Positions 19,122 through 28,423 of a stretch of 64,000 bases of DNA are shown here, piece by piece. Position numbers and translations under genes: made by a program. The DNA comes from an uncultured delta proteobacterium (GTDB lineage: Bacteria; Desulfobacterota; Binatia; Binatales; Binataceae). Position 1 is the first letter of the stretch, and each line of letters begins with the position of its first letter. The DNA lies in assembly GCA_963711565.1 (NCBI GenBank), contig CAVQEQ010000001.1, positions 1,056,001 through 1,120,000 on the forward strand, given 5' to 3'. The notes under the pieces were generated by a model. The model was not told the origin of the DNA. It saw only the letters and a program-made list of their open reading frames with translations, and did not search any database.

Positions 19122-20534
19122 TCACGCCGCATTTGCGCGAATCGATTTAAGCTCGCGCTCGATCTTTTCGATCGAGAGCCGAAAAGCCGAATCACTGGTG
19201 ACCCGCCGCATGATCAGGTTGTAGGCGTGAATCACCGTCGAATGATCGCGCCCGAAATGTTCGCCGATCGTGGGAAACGAGCTGTCGGTCAGCTTGCGGC
19301 ACAGGTACATCGCCACCTGCCGGCAGAACGCGATGTGCTGGGTGCGCTTCTTCGACTTCAAATCGGTCAGCCGGATATGGAAAAAATCCGCCACCGTCTT
19401 CTGGATCGATTCGATGTCGGGCTTGGCGTCGTGATTGCGAATCAAATCCTGCAGCGACTGCCGCGCGAAATCCAGGGTAATCGTCGCGTCGTTGATCGAA
19501 GCCAGCGCTGCCAGCCGCGTCAGGCATCCCTCGAGCTCGCGAACGTTCGACGAAACACTCTGCGCGATATACATCGCGACCTCCGGCGCCAACCGCAGGT
19601 TTTCAAGCACCGCCTTTTTCTGCACGATCGCCACGCGCGTCTCGAGATCGGGCGGCGCGATATCGGCGATCAATCCCATCTCGAACCGATTGCGCAACCG
19701 CTCCTCGAGTCCCGGAATTTCGCGGGGAATCTTGTCCGAGGTCAGGATGATCTGATGCCGCTCGGCGTGCAGCACGTTGAAAGTATGGAAGAACTCCTCC
19801 TGGGTGCGCTCGCGGCCGGCCAGGAACTGTACGTCGTCGAGAATCAACGTGTCAACGCGGCGAAACTTTTCGCGAAACTCGTTCATCTTGTCGCGCCGTA
19901 GCGAACCGATCAGCTCGTTCATGAAAATTTCGGCCGGCATGAACAGCACTTTCCGCGGCCGCTCGCCGCTCGCATATATATGGTGCCCGATCGCGGTCAC
20001 CAGGTGCGTCTTGCCGAGGCCGACTCCGCCATAGATGAAGAGCGGGTTGTATTTTTCGCCCGGCTGATTCGCGACCGCCTGCGCCGCGGCATGCGCGAAC
20101 TGATTGGCCGATCCCACCACGAACTCCGCGAAACTGTAGCGCGGGTTCAGGCTCGGATGCCGATCTCCGCGCGGCGCGGCAGCAGTTGTCGCGCGATTCG
20201 CCGCGGACATCTTGGCGGTGCCGTTGCCGTTCGCGTGACCGTTACCATTCGCATGGCCGTTGCTCGTGCGTTGTTGCTGCGGCGCTGCCGCGGCGTTCTC
20301 GCCGAGCGTCAGCCGCACCTCGATTTCACCGCCGGCTTCCGCCGACAGCGCCGAGCGCATCATGCTCATGTAGCGTTCGTTGACCCAATCGCGAAAAAAT
20401 CGATTAGGCGCTTCAACAGTGACGGTCGATCCCTGGTGACCGACAAAATTGAGCGGCCCGATCCACGTCTCGTAGCCGACCTGACCGAGCTCATCGCGCA
20501 TACGGTCGCCGGCCCGTTGCCACAAACCATTCAT
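19122..20534 (-). CDS. dnaA: Chromosomal replication initiator DnaA
   Basis: YNPLFIYGGVGLGKTHL, DDVQFL, QEEFFHTFN, NVRELEG, GRDHSTVIHA. Confidence 0.99.
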   Translation of the reverse strand: MNGLWQRAGDRMRDELGQVGYETWIGPLNFVGHQGSTVTVEAPNRFFRDWVNERYMSMMRSALSAEAGGEIEVRLTLGENAAAAPQQQRTSNGHANGNGHANGNGTAKMSAANRATTAAAPRGDRHPSLNPRYSFAEFVVGSANQFAHAAAQAVANQPGEKYNPLFIYGGVGLGKTHLVTAIGHHIYASGERPRKVLFMPAEIFMNELIGSLRRDKMNEFREKFRRVDTLILDDVQFLAGRERTQEEFFHTFNVLHAERHQIILTSDKIPREIPGLEERLRNRFEMGLIADIAPPDLETRVAIVQKKAVLENLRLAPEVAMYIAQSVSSNVRELEGCLTRLAALASINDATITLDFARQSLQDLIRNHDAKPDIESIQKTVADFFHIRLTDLKSKKRTQHIAFCRQVAMYLCRKLTDSSFPTIGEHFGRDHSTVIHAYNLIMRRVTSDSAFRLSIEKIERELKSIRANAA

Positions 20535-20610
20535 ATCGTCTCCCCCTGACCAAAACCGGATGGCAAAACACGTCCGGAACTAGCGCGCCGGTATCGAAAT
20601 GCGGCGCGAA

Positions 20611-20642
20611 TTACGCACAGTCTTATCCACACCTGTGGATAA
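20611..20642. promoter_or_regulatory. DnaA boxes upstream of dnaA (autoregulation or second origin half)
   Basis: Perfect TTATCCACA 20623-20631 and TGTGGATAA 20634-20642; degenerate TTACGCACA 20611-20619. Confidence 0.9.
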
Positions 20643-21132
20643 GCGGTATTTCCTTCGTTACAACCAACAATTTGACGGCACGACACGCCGGACTATCAAC
20701 TTGTCCGGGTTAAGATCGGTTCTGTTAGGCTTAAAAATTTGACCGAGAATACGACCGATATACACGCGCTTAAAAGCCATAGCTCACGCGCCGCGGATGA
20801 ACCGTTCAGTGGAAATGGGTTCTTACGAGTACGAAGTGTGCGGCCAAGGGAACGTGATAAACTTATTTCGCGATGAGGACAAGCGCGGAAAAAAATTTGT
20901 TGGGAAGCGCGCGAATCGTAAAGGAAATTTCGCGATCAATCGATCGCGCGGCGCGCGAGCAAAATTTTGCGCCGATCATGCGATCGCGTAAATTGGCTCT
21001 GGAAGCCAGCATCCGCGATCCTAAATTTTTACGCCTCCGCGCAAATTCGTCAAGCAATCGTCGCGCGCGATCATTTTTTTCTTCGCGATCGAAATTTTTT
21101 TTTCGCTCGCATCAAATCTTCAAGGAATCGCG

Positions 21133-22426
21133 GTGACATCACGCAAAAAATCAGATGAACTCTTCCACCGCGCCAGTGTTAAGATTCCTGGTGCGGTCAA
21201 TTCTCCCGTGCGCGCGTGGAAGGCCGTCGGCGCCGCGCCAATCTTCATCGAAAGTGGCAGCGGTGCAACTCTGATCGACGCGGACGGCAACGCTTTCCTC
21301 GATTACGTCTGCTCCTACGGCCCCGCGATCCTTGGACATGCTCATCCGCGCGTCACTCAAGCAATTGCTGAGCAATCTCGACTGGGTCTGGGCTTCGGCG
21401 CACCGACGCGGCTCGAAGTCGAGCTTGCGGAATTGATCTCGTCGGCGATCGAATGCGCACAAAAAGTAAGATTAGTTACTTCGGGAACCGAAGCCGGACT
21501 CACCGCGCTGAGACTGGCACGCGCTGCCACCGGACGCACAAACATAATCAAGTTTGACGGATGCTATCACGGTCATAGCGACTCGATGCTGGTGCGGGCC
21601 GTCGGGCGCGATGACTTTTGGTCAACCCGACAGCGGTGGAGTTCCATCGGCGGTCGCCGCGATGACGATGGTTGCGCGATATAACTCGATTGAGACAGTC
21701 GAAAGTTTATTTCGCGCCGCGCCTGAGAAAATCGCCGCCGTGATCGTCGAGCCCGTCGCCGCCAATATGGGCGTGGTAAATCCTCACCCCGGTTCTTTGA
21801 AAGCGCTCGCCGAAATCGCACACGCCAACGGCGCGCTTCTAATATGTGACGAAGTTATATCCGGGTTCCGTCTGTGCTTTGGCTCAGTCGCCGAAAGCAT
21901 GGGCGTTGCGCCCGACCTCATCATGCTCGGAAAAATAATCGGTGGCGGCATGCCCGTTGGCGCCGTCGGCGGCCCCGCGAAGATTATGGATCTGCTCGCG
22001 CCGGTCGGTCCGGTTTACCAGGCGGGCACGTTGTCGGGAAATCCGCTTTCTGTTCGCGCCGGTCTCGAAACACTTCGGCTCCTGAAGGGAAGCAACCAGT
22101 ACGCCGCGCTCGACTCTGCTGGCGCGCGCCTTGAAGCTGGATTGCTCGCCGCGCTGAAAAAAACCGGCCAGCCGGGATGCGTCAATCGCGCTGGCTCGTT
22201 GCTCACGATGTTCCTCGGTCCCGAGCGCGTGCGCGACGCCGACGAAGCTCGCACCTCGAACTCGGTCAGTTTCGCCAAATTTTTCCACGGGATGCTCGAG
22301 CGTGGCATAAATATTCCGCCGTCGCAGTTCGAGGCCATGTTTCTCTCGACCGCGCACACCAACGCCGACATTGACCGCACGATCGCCGCCGCCGCGGAAT
22401 CTCTGCGGGGCCTTTCAAACGGGTAG
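21133..22426 (+). CDS. hemL: Glutamate-1-semialdehyde 2,1-aminomutase, frameshift near 21600
   Basis: PGAVNSPVRA, SGTEA, KFDGCYHGHSD in frame 1; SGAMTFGQPDSGGVP, GKIIGGGMPVGA, YQAGTLSGNP, PPSQFEA in the next frame. Confidence 0.93.
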
Positions 22427-22437
22427 ATACTGAAACA

Positions 22438-22656
22438 ATGGCGATGAGCACTGGCAGGATGATGCGCTTCGCAGCGATCGGCTTCGAGTTCGCGTGGCCG
22501 ATGATCGCCGGCGCAATTCTCGGCCACTACCTCGACCTCTACTTTCACACCGACCCCTGGCTGACGCTCGTGTTCTTCCTGCTCGGAGTCTTTGTCGGCT
22601 TCTACCGCCTGATTCAGGAACTCGCACTCTTCCAACGCGAGAACCGCGAGTCTTGA
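22438..22656 (+). CDS. AtpZ/AtpI-family small membrane protein (F0F1 ATPase gene 1)
   Basis: IGFEFAWPMIAGAILGHYLDLYFHTDPW pattern, two TM helices, first gene of the atp cluster. Confidence 0.85.
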   Translation: MAMSTGRMMRFAAIGFEFAWPMIAGAILGHYLDLYFHTDPWLTLVFFLLGVFVGFYRLIQELALFQRENRES

Positions 22657-22705
22657 TTGACGGTCGCAGAGTTCTCAATATTCTCGGGAGATCGAGGTCA
22701 ATCCG

Positions 22706-22975
22706 ATGTGCAGGAATATAAAGACGCTCCACAATTTCGATCCTCCCGTCACCGACGAGGAAATTCGCGCCGCCTCGCTTCAGTTCGTCCGCAAAATATC
22801 CGGCTTCAACAAACCGTCGAAGGCGAACGAAGGCGCGTTCGTCGCGGCCATCGATGAGATAGCCGGGGCGTCGGCGCGGTTTCTTCGTTCGCTCGAAACC
22901 AATGCTCCTTCGAGGAATCGCGAGGAAGAAGCCGCCAAAGCGAAAGCTCGCGCCGCGGAAAGATTCGGCGCTTGA
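22706..22975 (+). CDS. DUF2277 family protein
   Basis: MCRNIKTLHNFDPPVTDEEIRAASLQFVRKISGF is the characteristic DUF2277 N-terminus. Confidence 0.88.
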   Translation: MCRNIKTLHNFDPPVTDEEIRAASLQFVRKISGFNKPSKANEGAFVAAIDEIAGASARFLRSLETNAPSRNREEEAAKAKARAAERFGA

Positions 22976-23376
22976 TGGGATTCTCGTGGTCAGTGCCGAC
23001 GATTGCGTCGATCCAGCGCACCAACTTCATCCTCGTGGTGGTCAGCTCGGCGATTCTCGCTTTGTTCGCCTCCGCCAGCCTGGCCGTGGGATGCATGCTC
23101 GGCGGCACAGTGGTGATCGCGAATCTGTGGATCCTGTCCGCTCTCGGCGGATTGCTGCTGGCCGCGTCCAGCGCGGGAGTGTCCGGCGCCGCCGCCAAGT
23201 TGGGCGCGCTCGCGATTCCGCTCAAGCTGTTCATCATCGTCGGCCTGGTCTATCTCATTTTCACCCGCGCGCGCGTCAACGGCGCGGGCTTCGGCGTCGG
23301 CGTCTTGACTCAGATGGCCGCTATCATTATTGAAACCGGGCGTGCTTCGGCTGCGCGGCGCCCGTCAAAAAGCTAA
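22975..23376 (+). CDS. atpI: ATP synthase accessory subunit I
   Basis: Four hydrophobic segments, directly upstream of atpB. Confidence 0.8.
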   Translation: MGFSWSVPTIASIQRTNFILVVVSSAILALFASASLAVGCMLGGTVVIANLWILSALGGLLLAASSAGVSGAAAKLGALAIPLKLFIIVGLVYLIFTRARVNGAGFGVGVLTQMAAIIIETGRASAARRPSKS

Positions 23377-23400
23377 GATCGCCGCGTCGGAGATACTTAA

Positions 23401-24096
23401 TTGCAAAAATCGGTAAATTTCCTGGAACTGCTCGGCGGCGGCAAGATTCCCGAGGTGATACTCGGTACTTGGATCGTGATGGGCATCCTGCTCGTCTTTG
23501 GACTCACAGCGCGCGCGTCGATCGCCGGCGCTAGCGATCCTGTAGTCCCCGAGGAAAGGGCCAGCCTGCGGTCGGTTGCGGAAGTCTTTGTCGAATGGTT
23601 CGACACTTTCGCCCACAACGTCCTCGAGACCCATCACTACCGTCAGTTTGTTCCATTTTTTGGTACGCTGTTCGTTTTCATTCTAGCCGCCAACTTCTTT
23701 GGACTGATTCCGGGGATGGAACCGCCGACTGGCGACTCCGACCTGACCTTCGGCCTCGGTGCAGTCGTCTTCGTTTACTTCGTCTATCAGGGCCTGTCGC
23801 ACGGCGCTGCCAACTTCGTGAAAAACGATATCATCGGCCCGGTCTGGTGGCTGTTCTTCCTTATGATCCCCATCAATCTCGCCGACCTGCTGTTCCGTCC
23901 GTTTTCGCTCGGCATTCGACTGTACGCAAACATGTTTGCCGACCACACGGTGCTCAGTATCTTCACCGGCCTGACGAAGCTCATCGTCCCGCTGGCGTTT
24001 TACGCGCTCGGGTCCATCGTGTGCATCATCCAGGCAATTATTTTCGTGGTGCTCGCGATGAGTTACGTTCGGCTCGCGACCAGCCACGGTCACTAG
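23401..24096 (+). CDS. atpB: F0 ATP synthase subunit a
   Basis: NFFGLIPG, RPFSLGIRLYANMFADH, IIQAIIF. Confidence 0.96.
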   Translation: MQKSVNFLELLGGGKIPEVILGTWIVMGILLVFGLTARASIAGASDPVVPEERASLRSVAEVFVEWFDTFAHNVLETHHYRQFVPFFGTLFVFILAANFFGLIPGMEPPTGDSDLTFGLGAVVFVYFVYQGLSHGAANFVKNDIIGPVWWLFFLMIPINLADLLFRPFSLGIRLYANMFADHTVLSIFTGLTKLIVPLAFYALGSIVCIIQAIIFVVLAMSYVRLATSHGH

Positions 24097-24202
24097 AAAG
24101 GATTTTTCGCGCCGGGGATTCCGTCCGGAATTTGAGGTGGTAGAGGAAGAGAGGTGGCCGGCTGCGGCACCCAGGGGCGCGCGAAAGAGAAGGAGGATCG
24201 AA

Positions 24203-24544
24203 ATGCTACGACACAGGATTGGAACCATAGTAACGATGGCCGGGATGGCCATCCTCGCGTCTCCGCTGCTCGCGATGGCGCAGGAAGGAGCCGCGGCGGC
24301 AGCGGGTAGCGGCGAGTTGCGCGCCGGCCTTATCGCGCTTGCCGCCAACATCGGCATCGGCATCGCGGCATTTGGCAGCGCGCTCGGCCAGGGCCGAATG
24401 GCGGCCTCGGCGATGGAATCGATCGGCCGTAACCCGAACAGCGCGGGCCAGATCTTCGTCCCGATGATCATCGGCCTCGCCTTCATCGAAGCGCTGACCC
24501 TGTACGCGCTGGTGATAGCATTCTTCCTGCAGGCGAAGATCTAG
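24203..24544 (+). CDS. atpE: F0 ATP synthase subunit c with signal-like N-terminal extension
   Basis: GIGIAAFGSALGQG, IGRNP, FIEALTLYAL; AGGAGG upstream of ATG 24203. Confidence 0.96.
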   Translation: MLRHRIGTIVTMAGMAILASPLLAMAQEGAAAAAGSGELRAGLIALAANIGIGIAAFGSALGQGRMAASAMESIGRNPNSAGQIFVPMIIGLAFIEALTLYALVIAFFLQAKI

Positions 24545-24571
24545 CGATTGCACGCGCAGAATGTCTGGTAC

Positions 24572-24600
24572 AACGGGGCCCATCTCGGGCCCCGTTTCTT
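24572..24600 (+). terminator. Intrinsic terminator after atpE
   Basis: AACGGGGCCC-ATCTC-GGGCCCCGTT followed by TCTT. Confidence 0.7.
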
Positions 24601-24629
24601 ATGTTGCCGCAGATTGGGCGAGGCAACAA

Positions 24630-24768
24630 AGAGCCGGGATTCTTCGCTTCGCTCTGAATGACACAAAGACAATGGGTGCAGAGCCTGTCCTGAGCCTGCC
24701 GAAGGAGGTCACCCCCCGCGACGGTGTCGATGCCGAAGGAAGTTTGAAACCCACCGCGGGTTTCAAAT
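24630..24768. repeat. Composite palindromic repeat (families C + D)
   Basis: GGGATTCTTCGCTTCGCTCTGAATGACAC + GGGTGCAGAGCCTGTCCTGAGCCTGCCGAAGG + TGAAACCCACCGCGGGTTTCA; close copy at 43289-43412. Confidence 0.88.
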
Positions 24769-24790
24769 TAAGTTAGTAGTGCTCCACGCA

Positions 24791-25600
24791 TTATCTTCGC
24801 TTCGCGCCCTGCAGAATATCGAACGGCGCGCGGCTCTTCTCTCGCTTCAGCAACACGTACGTCGCGCCCGCGCCGCCGTCCGCGGGTCGCGCGCTTGTGA
24901 ATGCCAGCACGTGGCCGCCGATCGCGCCGTGCGAGAGCCATCCTGCCGACGCATGCTTGAGCACCGAATGCCCGCCGGGAGATCGCAGCCCGCGACCATG
25001 CACGACCAGTACCGTGCGCAGCCCTTTGCGCACCGACGCGATGATGAACTCTTTCAGCGCTTCCTTCGCCGCGCTCTGGATCATCCCATGCATATCGAAA
25101 TGCGCCTGCACGGCGAACTCGCCGCGCCGAAGCTGCGACACGAGCCGCGGGTCCAGTCCGACGCGGTAGCCCTCGACGTATTCGTCCGACTCGGTGATAT
25201 CGAAAGGCGCCTGTCCCGATACCAGATCGGACAGCAGCGCGATTACCTCCGCGTCTTCATCGACGATCGTGTGAGTCGTGGGAGGATCGAGCGGGATACG
25301 CGACCGCGCGTTGCCGTTGGCATGCAGCGGGCGCACACCCTCGAGCGCGCGCCGCAGAACGGACTCGTCGTCGAGCGGTTCCGCGACGACTGGCGCAGAT
25401 TTTTCGACGACCGTCGGGACGGGCGGCAAGGCCTTGGGCTTGATCGCCGCCGCCGGCTTCGACACCGTCCGCTCGCGCTCGGCGAGCATCTTCTTGAGAT
25501 CTTTGAACGGCGATGCGAAGACCCGTTCAGGCGCGGGCGTCGCCTTTCGTTCGCCGTCTCGTTCCTCGGCGAGGCGGCCATGCTTTCGCTTTTTTGCCAT
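24791..25600 (-). CDS. Stand-alone Smr-domain endonuclease
   Basis: LRRGEF, HFDMHG (DxH), VVHGRGLRS (GxG), DGGAGATYVLL. Confidence 0.92.
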   Translation of the reverse strand: MAKKRKHGRLAEERDGERKATPAPERVFASPFKDLKKMLAERERTVSKPAAAIKPKALPPVPTVVEKSAPVVAEPLDDESVLRRALEGVRPLHANGNARSRIPLDPPTTHTIVDEDAEVIALLSDLVSGQAPFDITESDEYVEGYRVGLDPRLVSQLRRGEFAVQAHFDMHGMIQSAAKEALKEFIIASVRKGLRTVLVVHGRGLRSPGGHSVLKHASAGWLSHGAIGGHVLAFTSARPADGGAGATYVLLKREKSRAPFDILQGAKRR

Positions 25601-25786
25601 CGGAAGGGCGTGGGTTCCTGACTAGCGCACGAGTGGACAGACTACGCTGCGGACACAACGCGGTTCAAACCGCCGCGCCATCGCAAGATAAATCGCGGGC
25701 CAAAATGATGCGCATCCGGTGCGCATCGACTACACTTGCGGGCGTGTCGCGAGCCGCTCTGAAGTTGCCGAGGTGAAGGTCGTCCT

Positions 25787-28330
25787 ATGCGTCGTGTCAT
25801 CGTAATCGCCGCCGCAATTGTTGGAGCCGTCGTTATTTTCGCCGGCGCGATCCTCTTCTACGCCGCCACTAACCTCAACTCGATCATCGCCGAGCGCCGC
25901 CAGAAGGTCCTCGACAAGGTCAGTACCGCGCTCGGTCGGCAGGTTCATGCCGACGACATCAAGGTTAGTCTCGGTTGGGGCATCATGGCCGACGTGACGG
26001 GTGTGCAGGTCGCCGACGATCCCGATATCTCGAGCAAGCCGTTCATCGAGGCGAGCAACGTTTATACGCACCTGCAACTGCTGCCGCTGCTGGCCCGGCG
26101 GATCGAAGTCACCGAAGTCGTGCTCGAAAAGCCGGTGATCCGAATCGTGCAGACTCGCGACGGTTCTTTCAATGTCTCGACGCTCGGCCGGAAAAAAGTC
26201 CATACCGACGAGGAATCTGGCGAAGGCGAAGGCGAGGGCGGCAAGGGCGGCGGCGCGAACGAAGAATCGCCGATGGCCGAAGCGCGCCGCGCGCCGGCGG
26301 CGCTGGGCTCGTTGCTGGTGCGGAATTTCGCAATCAACGACGGCACTCTCATTTTTCAGACGCAGGGCGCGCCGGAATCTGCCACCGTCAACGCGATCGA
26401 TCTCAAGGTGAGCGACTTCGGCTTTCAGGCGCCGTTCACCATCGCGCTAACCTTCCAGGCGCTCGGCGACCAGCAGAACTTCGATCTCTCCGCGACCATC
26501 GGGCCGCTGATAAGCAACGGCGTTATCGATATCGACGCGATTCCGATGACCGGGAAAGCCAAGGTTGGCCCGATTCTGATGTCGCAGCTCCAGACGATCC
26601 CGATGCTCGCGAAGGCTATACCGCCGAAGCTTTCGATTTCCGGCCCGCTCAACGTCAACGCGACGGCCGACGGCACCCTTCAATCGATCAAGTTCACGGC
26701 TTCGAGCGATTTGAGCGCGCCCGCTGTCGCGTTCGGCGACACCTTCAACAAGCCCGCCGACACACCACTGAAGATTGTTGCGGAGGGTGCGCAGACGGAT
26801 ACCGGGGTGGCGGTGACGCTCGCCAACGTCACGCTCGGCGACCTCGAGGCGAAGGCGACGGATATTAAAGTCGGCGGCGGCACGACCGCGGCGCACGTCG
26901 ATACCAACAGCTTCGATATCGCTTCGCTCACGAGAATTATCCCGCCGCTTGCCCGGTACAACCTCGCCGGCAAGACCGAGATTCACACCGCCGCGAGTTT
27001 TGCGAATCACAAGGCGTCGGCTGATGGTACCGTCGCTCTCGCCGGCGTCGGATTCTCGATTCCCGATCAAAAACTGCCGCCCCTCAGCAATATCAGCGGC
27101 AACATCCAGCTCGCGGGCACCAGCGCCAACGTCGGCCCTCTGACCTTCAACCTGGGCGCGCAGCAGGCGACGTTGAAGTCGCACATCGACCAGTTCCAGC
27201 CACTGGTCATGAGCTACGAGCTGAACGCTGCGTCGGTTCGCCTGGCGGATCTCGCGCCGTCGCGACCGCCCAACGAGGTGATCAACCAGCTCTTCGCCAA
27301 GGGCGCAGTCTCGATCGGCTCGATGACGGGTCGAACCGTCGATTCCGATATCACATCGCCGTCGGGCAACCTCGCAAACGTGCCGTATCAGAATTTGCGG
27401 TTGTCGCTGTCGCTCGTGGACAAGCAGGTGCGGGTGACTTCGCTCAAGCTGAAGGCATTCACGGGCGACATCGTCGCCACGGGCAACACCCGGCTCGAGG
27501 CGTCGGCGCCGATGCAGGCCTCGATCAGCTTCACCAATCTCAACGTCCAGCAGGCACTCGACTCGCAAAAATCCAAGGCAGCCGGCACGGTTCGCGGGAC
27601 GCTCGGTGGAAACATCAGCGTCAGCGGAACGACTGGCGCCTTCGACAAGATGAAGCCGACGCTGAAGGGCAACGGCAAGCTCGTGCTGACCAACGGCAAA
27701 CTGATCGGCGTCAACATCGGCGGCCAGGCGCTCAAGAAGGTGCACAAGCTGCCGGGCATCGGCAATCTCGTGCCGCAGTCCGTCGTCCAGAATCACCCCG
27801 AGCTGTTCAGCAACCCCGACACCGACATCCAGCTCGCGAGTCTGACCTTCGTGCTCGAAGGTCCGCGAATCACCTCGCACGACATCAAGGCGCAGACGGT
27901 CGATTACAATCTGCTCGGCGACGGATGGTTCGACATGGACAAGAACATCGATCTCGCCGCGCACATCGTGCTCTCGCCGCAATTCAGCAAGGAGCTGATC
28001 GAGCAGAAGAAGGAAGTCGCATTCATCGCGAACAAGGACGGACAAATCGACATCCCGCTGCAAGTCGTCGGGCAACTGCCCAAGCCGCAAGTCCTGCCCG
28101 ACGTGACGCAACTCGCGCAGACGGCGGCGAACAACGCGATGCACGCGCAGGGCCAGAAGTACCTGGGCAAAGTTTTCGGCAAAAAGGGAATTCCGAAAGG
28201 ATTGAGCAAATTCTTCGGCGACGACTCGGGCGGAAACGACAACTCCGGCAACGGCTCGGGCGGCGCCAATGGAGGAGGCAACTCCAATCCCAAGCCGAAT
28301 CCGCTGGATCAGCTGAAGAAGTTGTTCTGA
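25787..28330 (+). CDS. AsmA family protein
   Basis: N-terminal TM anchor, ALGRQV, LLPLLARRIEVTEVVLEKPVI, LKGNGKLVLTNGKLIGVNI, IPLQVVGQLPKP. Confidence 0.9.
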   Translation: MRRVIVIAAAIVGAVVIFAGAILFYAATNLNSIIAERRQKVLDKVSTALGRQVHADDIKVSLGWGIMADVTGVQVADDPDISSKPFIEASNVYTHLQLLPLLARRIEVTEVVLEKPVIRIVQTRDGSFNVSTLGRKKVHTDEESGEGEGEGGKGGGANEESPMAEARRAPAALGSLLVRNFAINDGTLIFQTQGAPESATVNAIDLKVSDFGFQAPFTIALTFQALGDQQNFDLSATIGPLISNGVIDIDAIPMTGKAKVGPILMSQLQTIPMLAKAIPPKLSISGPLNVNATADGTLQSIKFTASSDLSAPAVAFGDTFNKPADTPLKIVAEGAQTDTGVAVTLANVTLGDLEAKATDIKVGGGTTAAHVDTNSFDIASLTRIIPPLARYNLAGKTEIHTAASFANHKASADGTVALAGVGFSIPDQKLPPLSNISGNIQLAGTSANVGPLTFNLGAQQATLKSHIDQFQPLVMSYELNAASVRLADLAPSRPPNEVINQLFAKGAVSIGSMTGRTVDSDITSPSGNLANVPYQNLRLSLSLVDKQVRVTSLKLKAFTGDIVATGNTRLEASAPMQASISFTNLNVQQALDSQKSKAAGTVRGTLGGNISVSGTTGAFDKMKPTLKGNGKLVLTNGKLIGVNIGGQALKKVHKLPGIGNLVPQSVVQNHPELFSNPDTDIQLASLTFVLEGPRITSHDIKAQTVDYNLLGDGWFDMDKNIDLAAHIVLSPQFSKELIEQKKEVAFIANKDGQIDIPLQVVGQLPKPQVLPDVTQLAQTAANNAMHAQGQKYLGKVFGKKGIPKGLSKFFGDDSGGNDNSGNGSGGANGGGNSNPKPNPLDQLKKLF

Positions 28331-28343
28331 TCTTTTCCTATCT

Positions 28344-28383
28344 GGTTCCCCTTCCCGCGCGGGAAGGGGTTAGGGGTTAGGTT
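28344..28383. repeat. Family A palindromic repeat
   Basis: GGTTCCCCTTCCC-GCGC-GGGAAGGGGTTAGGGGTTAGGTT; copies at 36270, 46735, 50399 (reverse), 62967, 63052. Confidence 0.85.
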
Positions 28384-28423
28384 CTTCGAACCTTCACGCC
28401 GCCGCTTTCCGCACAGAACGACG

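Noticed and set aside
20797-21158. Short ORFs between dnaA and hemL
   Set aside because: Low-complexity translations of A/T-tract DNA without motifs; treated as non-coding
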